Shown here piece after piece: positions 37,625 to 49,900 of a DNA stretch of 64,000 bases (the stretch's first letter is position 1; each line of letters begins with the position of its first letter). A model generated the notes under the pieces. That model was not told where the DNA came from. It saw only the letters and a list, made by a program, of their open reading frames with translations, and did no database searches. The position numbers and the translations under genes are program-made. Origin of the DNA: Phoronis australis (taxonomy: Eukaryota > Animalia > Phoronida); assembly GCA_002633005.1 (NCBI GenBank), contig NMRA01000050.1, forward strand, positions 1,223,387-1,287,386, read 5' to 3'.

Positions 37625-38844
37625 CTAAAATTGACCAGTAAGGTACTAGTGAATAAACAAGCAGATATTGGCCCATGCGGAATTGACAGCTAGCTCTCAT
37701 TTTAAATTGAAACTTCAACTACAGAGTTATGGAAGAGCTTGATTGTTGAATTCGATTGATTGAGCAAGGCAGAAGGTACCTATTACAACTGAAATCAAAT
37801 CATTCAGCAAACGTCTTCACTTCAAAATAGAATGGTAATATGTACTTTTCAAATAAGATGCACTAAATGAAGAATACAGTAATTGCCTTCTTAGGACATT
37901 TATTTGATAAAAATGTCAAAGTCCAAATTTCTTGTCATACAACAGTTATGCAGACAAATTTGGTTTTAAACCTTTTTTAACACTTTATTGCAGACTGAAA
38001 AATTCCTTTAAATTAAACTTTCAAAAGTATATAATCGTTTTTAAGTGCAAAAGTGTCTCAACCAGTTATCCCACAAATTGTAGCAAAAAATTTGAAAAGA
38101 ACTTGTGATATTTCACAGAAAAATTTGTTTCAAAAACCAAAAAGGATTAGAAAAATGGAAAATACTTTTGGTTTTGCAAGATCAATGACTGATTGGAAGT
38201 TATGTTTTCAAACTTCTGTTTTTTGAACTACAAATGTAAGACTGAGATGGTTTCAATTGAAAATTGTACACAGTCTCCAACAGACCGATGTACTTTTTGT
38301 AGGAGTGAATCAGTTCTGAAAGTTTAGAACGTTTATTTTGGGGTTGCATTTTTGTTAAGCCTTTTTGGAAAAGAATAGCTGAATATTATATTCACACAAA
38401 AAAGGTTGATATATCTATAGATGTTCAGACTGTTATATTTGGCACAACAGGTTAATATACAAATGAACTGTTGAATCTTATCTTTTATGGCCAAAGATCA
38501 CGTGTACTGTTACAGTAGAAAGCTGAAAGTAGAACCTTCATCTGCAACACTGTTCAAAAAAGAATTAGAAATTTATTCCACATTCGAAAAATACAATTAC
38601 TGTAAAAATGGATTAGGAGACCTAGTTTTTCAAAGAAGGACTCTGTTTTTTACTCTTTAAAAAGAAATACAGATGAGAAAAGTACATTTTTTGTTTTTGG
38701 TTTGTGAAATTGAGTTTTCGGTGAAATGTGTGCGTGATGTGTCATTGGGGATTTTTGTCTTTGTATTGTGTTACAAAGAATGTTAATCTAAAAATGCCTT
38801 CATAATCACTTAAAGCATAGAGATGGAGAAAAGAATTCTATTAA

Positions 38845-39044
38845 AGGAGAATGCCACCCAAAAAACAACTTACTTTGTATCAATTTAGATCGAGTAGTTC
38901 TTCTTGACAACACACGTTCGGTTGCGTTACCCGACACCTGACAGCAGACCTCTTGGCAAGGTGAGGTCGACCATATAAGAGACGATGTGGACATAGACCA
39001 ATTAAGACAGTAAAAAGACTAATTAAATTGGGTGGCATTCTCCT
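38845..39044. mobile_element. 200-bp MITE derived from the Kolobok-like element, in the TRAF locus
   Basis: TTAA on both sides; perfect 16-bp TIR AGGAGAATGCCACCCA; left and right parts match the ends of 3373-4923. Confidence 0.85.
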
Positions 39045-40898
39045 TTAAATGTTAGAAAAAACATCATTTGATAATGAATTGCTGAAATTTCCTGAACGCA
39101 CATTTTCAACATTGGCGCCACAAAATCAGACACAGAACACGTTCACAAACAATAGCGCACTCACACGAACAGGTGATTCTTTACCGTGTCGAATAGTCTC
39201 GTATGAACTAATATGTAAAACATAAAAGAGACAGTGCACACAATTCCTTAATATTACTTTGTGGCACAACAATACCCAGGACACTTACTGTGCACTCTGC
39301 TCATCCCAGTGACTAACCCACACATAATGCTGACTTAAATGCAACATGGGTTAAGTTACTTGACCAGTATTGAACTATGTTCAGTTCCTGTTACAGTACA
39401 CATCAACAGTAGTCAGACTTAACGCTTCATCATACTGGCAGCTCATTTTAACAATGCCAAGTTCCACATGTATAGCTGCATGGCTTGGAATGACCAATGA
39501 CAAAAAAGAGGAAAACTTTCCAGGTGATGTATCGTTCCACAAATAGGTTTGTGTAAAAGAAATATTTTTTGGAAATCAAACAAGAGGAAAAAAACACAAA
39601 ACAGGAAATCTTCTTAAACATGCTATGAACAGTCCCACTAAATAAGATTGGTCCTAACCCCGGTCGTCAAGGTAAACGGTGGGGTATAGAAAATTGAACT
39701 AGACCATATTTATCCACCTTGGCTGAGTCGCGCTCGGCTCACGATCAAAGGCATGCTGCCAAGCTGCTCTATTCATCGAGTCACGAGCGAGGATAATTGG
39801 CTTCGCTCATGCGGATATGATCATCTGATTACAATTTACCTAGCAGACTGTACTTTTTATGGATATAGTTACAAGTAGCTTTACTGTAATATTTGAAAAG
39901 AGGAGCGAAAACAAATATGAGTACAACTTTGAATTTTTCAAATGGGCCCAGGATAAGAGATTTTGCAACACAGCAACACTCACGATTACTTTCAATCGGC
40001 GCGCACGAATACAAAAATATAGGACCCAAGTTATTTACATTTTGGAACACATGCATTGCAATATTCAAAATATGTTTATTATGAATCTTACAAGCTGCAA
40101 AACGACGTTCTTTAATTTCATTGTGCTCATTCATTTTCATCCGTCAAATCGGCAATTTCCGAGATGTGATCTGCGGCATGCGCGTAGGTGTACAAAACAT
40201 GTGATTGTTATGTTCCTGAAGTACGAAAATTAAGAAACTTTAGCATGCCGTTATTATTGACAGGAACACGATAAAACGAATTTGGATTTTGACTATAGTC
40301 TTGATACAGCGAGCTGGCTGACCACTGCGTCAGTGTCTCCGTTAGGCTCAGAAATTTCAAAACAACACTGAACAGAGACAGGGGATATGAATTACAGCTA
40401 TTTATCAACACCTCCTCTCAAGTAGCGGCCACCAGGTGGGGTTGGACAAGCATGACCATTTGACATGCAGAGTACCGCCAGTACCCTGAAGAAGGGCAAA
40501 GGACGAGATTGAAAGTTATGCCAGCAAACAAAAACATGTTGCCGGTAGCTAAATATTCTATCCTCCATGTTGTGTGATAATCTGAAAACAGTGTTCACTA
40601 ATAGCTGCGATATGCAAATCATGGTAAAGTTTCCTAAAATGCGAACAAAAATTTCCATTTTTCAATTGCTCCCTCTATAACCAAAATGTTCAAACTTCCA
40701 TTGTGTATTACTATTTGCTTATGACAGCTGCGCTACATAGTTTCCAAATAATCCTGTCGTGTTTTTATTCTTGTTGAATTTTTTCACAAAACAACATTTT
40801 TTCTAATCTGCCACATTGTGTTCCCGTGCACTTCTTTGGTTGCTACGACCCTTCATGAACACAAACACAAGTTTAACAAAAATGCAGCTTTAACAAAC

Positions 40899-40980
40899 CT
40901 GCCACAGCTTCAGCTCTCTTCTTGGAGAAATCCGTAATTTTCCACACCAGCACGCCATCGTAGCTGATCAAGTCCAATGC
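40899..40980 (-). CDS. TRAF exon: first strand of MATH/TRAF-C domain
   Basis: TTCTAG acceptor; ALDLISYDGVLVWKITDFSKKRAEAVA; GTTTGT donor. Confidence 0.88.
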
Positions 40981-43900
40981 CTAGAAACAGATTTCTGTGT
41001 TAGCAATGTGAAGCCATATCATCAAACACCAACAACAGATTGTCAATTAAGGCTGATGATAACTACATGCAGGTCAAGGTCAAACACTCTAGGATTATAA
41101 CAACAACTCTCAGCATGAATAACCACTTCAAATTAAATTCTATGAAATCTCAAAATTAGCACGATTCTACCACAGCAGCAAAAAATACCACAAAAAAGGT
41201 ATGGGGCATATCACGTAACAACAAGCCCTGCTTATAATGTTTGCTCACTCATTCTGGGATTCCTGTTCTTTCCTAACTAGCAAACACAGATACAACATTC
41301 ACATGGTCATAATGTCCTAGCTTCTATGCCCCAGTGGGTAATTTCAACAACTTAATCCAACTAATCAACAATTGATAAATGAGTTAGACTGAATTTGGAA
41401 ATTCTCCAGACCCAGAAAATAAATGGCTCAGTGATTATGAGTAAGGCCCAATGGGTAGAAGAGGGGGAACTAATTCTAAATATTTTCTTAATTTCGAAAA
41501 ACGTAACCATTGTAAAAAACATATAATGGAATTATGTAGTAATGATCAGACAGTTACTGATCCAGGCAAAATTTTAGAAATTCAAAGAAATTTCTATAAA
41601 ACTCTGGATTCACAGAGCGACAGTGACGGAGGATGTGGGTTGCTCTGGTATATTTAACCTTCCAAAAGAAAAAATTAACAGATCAGGACTCCATTTTAAT
41701 GGAAAAAGATGTAGCTGAAATGAAACTGATGAAGTTTTAAAAGCTACCAAGAATAGTAAAGCTCCTAGGAACGATGGACTGGGATACGAGTTCTATAAGA
41801 CATTTTGGAATCTTGTGAAACGTCATTTTTGGAAAGCATCAATTATAGCCTAAAATCTGGAAAATTATCAGTTTCACAGAGATGAAGTGTTATGACACTT
41901 AACTCAAGAAGCACTGATCAAAATGAATTAAAGCACTTAGAAAACAGGAGACCCATATACTGACTAGATTGTGACTATACACTATTAACAAGAACAACGG
42001 CTAACAGGATGTATAAAATTATGGCCGCTTTATTACAGAAAAAATTAAGTTAATTAAAGATTTAATAGCATATTACCACAATAACCATTACAATGGTCAA
42101 ATATTTTTGGACTTCAAAAAAGCATACGATAGTGTAAACTGGTCATACTTGGGTCAACTCTTGCTTCCTTTAATTTTAGCCCAATGCTGATATGACACAT
42201 TAAGGCGTTCTACTACAAAGTTGTGTCAACTGTTTCCAAGAATGGTTACACCTGTAAATATTTCAATGTTAAAAGAAGCCTTCGCCAAGGTGACACTCTG
42301 CTCAGTCCACGGTTTCTATTGACCTATCGCCAGAATTATGACCGACGGCTCAACTAACCAATCAAAACACAGCATTCTTGCCATACCTTCATCTGCGTTT
42401 CCAAGCCGCCATTTTACCCGACAAACAATGTCGTTGTCGGTAAAGCTTAATTTTAGTCTATAGCTCAAAAAATTGTGGGATAAGAATAGTGAAACGGTGT
42501 TGATATGGCGTGTGTAGTTCTGACAGCCGTTATACATCTCTAGAAGAATATCCCGTCATTTTTGGGCATTCCCTAAGGCGAAAGGTGTTGTCGACTGTGT
42601 AAACCATGGTCGATGGATCAAACTATGTGGACGGCCACACGAGCAGCTTAACTTAACAATATTGCTGGTTTACTCGAAGTTAAAACAAAAAATTAATTGT
42701 TCCAAGATACGTACTTTTCAGTTTGGTGGCTATACTGAAGGCCTATCTGGTTTTGACTGCGGAGTTTCACTCGTGGATCATGAATTAGTCTGGCGGTAGT
42801 CTCAGGAAAGTTGTTTTTTAAGGACTTTCTATTATCTTTCATTTATTTCGACCTATAATGTACATCATTCTGTTTCGTAGCACAGGTACATTTTTGTTAT
42901 ACATAAACCCGTAGGCTGTCGTTCAACTGAACTTCTCACCAAAAATGATAGACTCGCTCGAAAATTAGAAAAGTATAAACAGTGCTATCGACTGGACCTG
43001 CTCGTGGAGAATACAATCAGTTGTGACCTACTTTTCATTTGGCAGAATTTAGCAGACGACAGAATAAAAATTTTGGCAAATCTTCACTGATTTTGTTCGA
43101 AATCTATGGCATCGTACAGATAATTTGACTTTAGGGTAAATATCCAGCTTTACATGAACATATCGGATCAGTAACTTTGTCAGTTATCAAGTGAAGGTCA
43201 ACCCCGTGTGGGGTTCTTCGGATTTTTGCTGGCTCCAAAATAATTTTCCTCGAATGATATTTTTTCATCATTGCAGCTGTACAAATTCCCAAGTCAAGAA
43301 CCCACAATTCTCAGCTGAAAAGTGCCGCCTCTCGTCTTTGTCGAAGCATTTTCGGAGAGTGCAAAAAACGCTCATTAATTCCACCAGGAACGTCGTTTAG
43401 CGACTGTACATGTATATTTGCCTCTGACATCTCGTTAGTTTGTCAGGTGTCACGTGACTTTTCGCAAGGAGGTGGAGCTTGCGATAGGTCAGTTTTGGGT
43501 GGAACTCATGAGTAATACCACAAACAAGGGATTACCTTCTTATGGCCGTGAAATCAAAAAAGACAAGTATGCTGACTTTACTACGTTTGTTATAAATGCT
43601 GAATCAGTGTTTTAAGTATTTAGACAGGCTTGGCCACATATCTGGCCTTACCTTTAAACAATTGAAAATCTGAGTAAATGTACTTGGACCACCGTCCTTT
43701 ATGCAGAAAACTTGTATGATATTAACTGGTCACAAAAAATATCAAGTGCCTGAGCATATATTTTGGTAGTAATGAAAAAGATAGAACAAAGCAAAATTTT
43801 GAAGAAAAAATAGTAAAACTCAAGCAAACCCTAGACTAACAGGCTGTAACAATAATGTCTACATGAATTAATATATTATGATAAACCTGATAATTACAAT

Positions 43901-46900
43901 AAATTGTAATTACACAATTTTCTAGAACAAGAAATTAATGTTTATTCCTTGCTTTTTACACTTCACATAGACTTTAAAGTTTTTAAGTATGTGCACAATT
44001 TAGTTGTTAATATTTTTGTGTTATTCACTGTGCAGTGAATTTTTCACAGACCACATGGTTTTCTCACCAGCTTGCTAACAGCGTTCTTTTCATAACCACA
44101 TACCGTAATCGTTCGGGTTAACGCCCTGGGCGGTTAAATTGGCGAACCCAAAAAATGGGGGGTGGGCGATTAACCAGACATGGGCGCTTAAACGTGAAAT
44201 TTCAAGAAATCGGGGGGGGGGGGGTTAACTGAACATGGGCGCTTATTACGACCGGCAACCGCCCTGGGCGGTTAATCTTACCTTATGATCTGAGTCACCA
44301 CACGTACTAAGCCACATACTGGGATCGCCTAACACTTTGAAAAGAACTTTATCGCCACCAAGTGCGTACTCTGCGCACTCTAATTAACAAATAGTTTCGA
44401 AAATGTAGAGTGTGGTCAAACTCCGAACGCTTGCATAGAAAGTTTGCTACATAATATGGCGCCTCAGGTGAGACCGATTATTGCGAATTATGCTCATTAT
44501 TTCACTATACTTCGCAGACGTTGAACATGTTCACCTGCGTAGCAGACGGTAGCTGTGCTGTCGTTTTAACCCAGTTGTGGTCACGTGCTGACCCATTTTT
44601 CCTGTGATCAGTGCACTCCCATAATAAACAACTTAACTGACGGTCACGTAGACAAGGACTACCAGCAGTTCCGAATTTCAGTTCAAAATCATTTCGAGAT
44701 AACAGAATGTACTCCTGGTCTGAATGGTCAAAAAGCATAAAAATGTATAATCAATCACGAAATCGGGTTCAACTATTCAGCTGCCATGCACTGTCGATTC
44801 GCCTGTTTATGTTGCCGGTATGTGGAGTTGACATGTACGGTACTCTGGCCTTTCAATGGCTAAATACAATAACAAACTTTTTGTTAACAAACTCTACATT
44901 CAAAAAATTGCCACCAAGTTACATTGCAAAACACAAACACGAGTTTCTGTCTACACTCGCGTTTTTACTGGTCGACTTAGCAAACAAGAAGTCGGCCGAT
45001 TCCAGTGTCGACCTTGAACAACCGTCGTTGCGGTTTTCGTTTCGACTGCGAGACGCAGCTTTTGTTAGCAAATGAAACCATCTATTCTCGGTAAAAATAA
45101 TTCTTAGACGAAGCCTTAATTGTTCGGGTAAGTAACCCCGGTTTACTATATGCGACGAAATTACCGTGACGAGAGTACTCGAAAGACGGGGATCTCGATA
45201 ACCCGGCAATTACACTCACCAAAATATAAAGAATTTATCAACTTTTCGCGGTTTATGGGAATTCTTCAAAATCCCGAGAGCTTACAACCTAAAGCGCATT
45301 GAGAGGGTTGGCAAAAGCAATGTCACATTTCTCTGACCTGGTTATTTCGAATGCATCTTTTATATAGTGCACTGTAGTCGATAACTCAGTGCGGCAGAGA
45401 TTGTGGCTGAAAGTGGAGGTGTAGACGCCAGCGCGGTTCCTAAAGTTTGCGAACATGAGAAGAAAAGAAAGTGACAAAGTGTTCAAGTATTACATTTTGA
45501 AGTTAATCGATGACCCGTTACAATAATTTGTTACTGGTATCATAATTCACATTGCTAAACCGCGGTCTCTGAGGCCGTCGTTGCACTCAATGTTATCATC
45601 GATCTTAATCTAAAAGGTCGGGGATTCGCGTTTCCTATTAGCACAGGGCGGTAATCACCAATCGGCAAAAGTAGGGGATGGGCGGTTAACCGAGCAGTGG
45701 GCGGTTAATTGGAAATCTTCAAAAATAGCAGGGGGGCGGTTAATCGAGCAGTGGGCGGTTAAATCGAAATTCACCTAAAGTAGGGGGTGGGCGGTTAACT
45801 GAGCATGGGCGTTAACCCGAACGATTACGGTATTTTTTCATAAGCAGTACTTCTTCAGCCAAGTAATTCTCATCTAATGAACACAGTCACCCATTTTTTA
45901 CTCATGAACCATAGAGCACTGACAGTGAAGTCAGGAGGAATGACAACGTACACAACAGAAATGATGCATAAGAAAAGTATTGTCTACATCAAAAGAACTG
46001 AAAAGAAAGGAATACAATTTGATATTCAACTATTATGTTTATGGGAAATAACGCTGTAAATGAGAATGCCCGTGCAATTAGTGAGGAAGATCCCCAAAGT
46101 AGAGCCCAGTACTAAAGACCCTAATCACATGCCTGAAGTCTTCGGTTCAGTTCAGCCAAGGTGATGTCCTTCAGCGCCAACTCCCGCTCCATCTTAGCAA
46201 TGGTAGATTGCATCTTCGCCAGATCGTGACGTTCCTTAAGCTGCTGCTCCTCGTGTGCGACCACTACACGATAAACGAGGTCTAACTCCTGGTGCATTGC
46301 TGGCATGATGGCTGGAAGGAAGTCGAGAGAATAAAGTAACGTGGTGAGTTAGAGGCACACAACTACCTCTCAATAAATAAACTTGTCTATTAAATACCTT
46401 TAGGTCAACTAAAGACATGCACAGTCTTATTCAACCACACCTCTCCCAAATTTCCACAGCACCACTGATGCCTCGATCTTTCCTCGGACTGGCACTACCT
46501 CTACAAATTAGTACTACCCACATGATCGAACTTAGGCAGATGTTTTAGAGCCTAATCTCTACATAAACAGAATTTAAGTAAACAGCCTGGTACAGAAGTC
46601 TCACATTTTTTTAATAAAGCCAAATAAAAACAATAACTTTTAATATTAGCCTCACTTTGGCCCACCAGAACATACTGTACATTTACAAGTTACACACGCA
46701 GAGTAACATTCACAAATGTTGATGCACTATTTTATTTTGCAGTGCGTAAGGTTACGTCCTACTACGTGTGTCAATTGGTTAAGCTTCTTATATAACAGAC
46801 GTTCCGCTCCTATCTGACCTTCTTGACATGAACCGCTATACTGGTAACGCGTACAACGCTAACGATGTTTTATGGAGCCTAGAGCCTAGTATATCATTGT

Positions 46901-49900
46901 AAGTTTATACTATTTTTCCGCATATTACCGTAGAATTCACTGGCTGTTTCTCGTATTGTGTAAGACTGTTTAGCCCATGCTGTATTACGTGGAATATCTT
47001 TATTGTATTGTAACATGAACGCTGTATTTCCAAAGACTTATTATTCGTTATATTTGTTTCAGTGAAACCGGCCTTGTCGGACAGTAAGCATAACGTCAAC
47101 CTTGTTCAGAATAAACGTATCATATCCGACTATCCCGTGTGTTCAATGCCCAAGGCTCCTACAACAAATAACAGCCATCATTCCATACTTACCGTCCAAG
47201 GAGGATATCTTTGTTACCAACACATGGTAGTTTGGATCTGATCCTGACAGAGCAGACAAAGCACTCAGCAGACCCTTGGATGATGCGCCCTTAGACGGAA
47301 CCTGACATAGGGAGACAGCAGTCAGGTCAACATGTAGCCATCAAAACAAAATGTCAAAGTATTGGACATGTATCTGAATTCTTATGCAATAGAGACAATG
47401 TTATCAAAGCAGCGCACCCCATTCATAATGTCTGGAGTTTTTATTCCGCACATCAGTTGCATTTTACATTTAACTGTTTCGACAAGATGGCCAATATTTC
47501 ACCAAAATTACACCATTCTGATAACGAATACTCTAATTGATACCGACATTTAGTGTATTAACCACAACCCAAGGACAAATGATCAGCCTTAGTTGTTTGT
47601 ACCTTCAAGTACTGCACATTTTACAAGCCATTTGGAGGACAGTTAGTATACACAGGCAACAAGAAGGATAAATAGAACTGCCACGCTCCGCCACCCCCCA
47701 CCCCATATGAAACAGCCCTTATTACTCACTGCCATATTCTCCACACGTGACTGCAGCTGAGGCACAGTTTCAGTCATTTCTTCAATACGTCTGCTAACCA
47801 CCTTGCTCTCCGCAGGTGCACATGCAATGGTCGCTGATGCAGAAGCGCCCCCTTCCGTGAAGGCACCAGACTCCTGTACGACACATTTCTTGTTGTGGGA
47901 CTGTACATTATCTGACTTGATCTAAAACATCCATGACTACTGAATTAAAATACAGTCTAATGAGAGGACCACTAAGTCTTGATAGGCTCCCACCTCTAGA
48001 GAAGACAATCTGTCCCACCTTGTAATAGCAACAACATTCTGTCCCACAACGTAGCGCCATCCAGTTTGTAACACCCTGTAGTACCACTCAGTCTGTCCCA
48101 CCTCGCAGTGCCGCGCGCACTCTGTCCCACCCCGCAGTGCCGCGCGCACTCTGTCCCACCCCGTAGTGCCACGCGAACTCTGTCTCTGTCCCACTCCGTA
48201 GTGCCACGCGCACTCTGTCTCTGTCCCACCCTGTAGTACCACCTGCACTCCATCTCACTAACAACTCCATTGTTCCACACTTGTGCAAAAAACAACTACT
48301 GTCATTGGAAAGTCATCATCAACTGTCCTTTTCATAGTAAGAATATGATGCTAGTTTTCACAGTCAATCATCCTTTGAGTGGTTTGGTTGATAGAGGGGC
48401 AGACGCCAAAATTGAATATTTAGTCTCTCAATATACTTTTTAATTTTGAAGGTACCAACATCAACGTAATTTTGTTCAGAATGTGAAAATTCCTACCTGG
48501 TCTCGTTGGATGTCTCGTCTGCATCCCGAACATTTCATCTTCAGTTTTGGACAGACCTCCAGGTGGCTCTTCAGCTCAGCAGCGGCCACATTAGCGCCAC
48601 ATTCTTTGCAACTGTCCATCCTCATGGAACACAAAGCAGCCATATGGTAGTCACGGTCCCTCACCATCACACTCTCACCACAGCCCTGGGGGCACGCTAC
48701 CAACATATACTCACACTTTACTTCATGCTCCTGTGGAAAAATCATACTAGATTAGAAGACAAAATGTAGATAGCATAAATCAGTGGATGGCATGCTGACT
48801 GGCAATTTGGCTTCAACAGCAGGCAGTTGCGCCTTGTACACAACTGTCTCTTTTCCATATTAACTCCGTCTTATAGTGTACGCAAATATTTAAGATTACG
48901 AAAGACCGCATACACAAGTCACTCTGTACATTAAATATCTGCAGTGCTACAGAAGTTAACTCAGCAAATGTACATACTTTCTGAGAGTAGAAATACTGTA
49001 AAAGACAATTTTTGACCTTATACTAATCTGCGACTAATTAGGCCACATGACTCTGATTTTCAGGAACAATTAGTAAAAAAGAAAGCTACAATCACAGTAA
49101 AGTAACAGTACCAATAACATAGACCAACGTATGATATAAACCTTCTAGATAAAATCTCAAAATGCTGCAAGTTTTCTAAAATACCGTTTAATTTTCGTTT
49201 CATGCTACATGAGCATTTTTTCAAAAAAAAAAAAATAATACATATTTTTGACAGTCCCAGATGCAAACGTAGAACATTTTAAAAACAGTTCCTAACAACT
49301 TCTTGGAGAACACTATATAAAACATGTATCTAAAACTGTTAAATAAGTCTGATCAGCTATTTTTGAGATACGATATAACTGCCAAGTTGGTCCAAAGGTC
49401 CCATATAACTTCAAATCCATGCACTTGGTGTCACTGACAACTTTTGGTCAAGTGGCACAGACTGTAAAGGTCAATAATATGAAACCAAAACTATGGACAG
49501 AGATCCAACTTGATGGTCACTAGGGGGCACATATGTTAGATTCATCTGAAAATCTAAATGTCTCATCATCTCTCTGCCAAATTTCATGAATATTTGTCGT
49601 GTTACTCAGACATAGGAAAAGGAGCGACACCAACATTGCCACCTGGGGGACAGCAGGCTGCAGTCATCTGTCGTCACGTTCATAGGAGTCAAATTTCAAA
49701 CATCCTGCAAGGGGGTTAATAAGATACAGCTGCAGTCGCCAGAAAGATGGACAGACAGATGTCAGACAAAGATGATGGCAATATCCCCCACATATGCACA
49801 CACGGGAGCACAAAGTTAAATACATTCAGATGTCAACTTAACACTTTCCTATGAGAATCCANTACAATCACAGTAAAGTAACAGTACCAATAACATAGAC

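Noticed and set aside
39400-39530. Minus-strand frame GKFSSFLS...HVELGIVKMSCQYDEAL, faintly MATH-like
   Set aside because: No phase-compatible splice acceptor found; the similarity is within chance.
47937-48295. Overlapping ORFs with repeated GGTEC/WDR motifs
   Set aside because: Translations of an intronic minisatellite.
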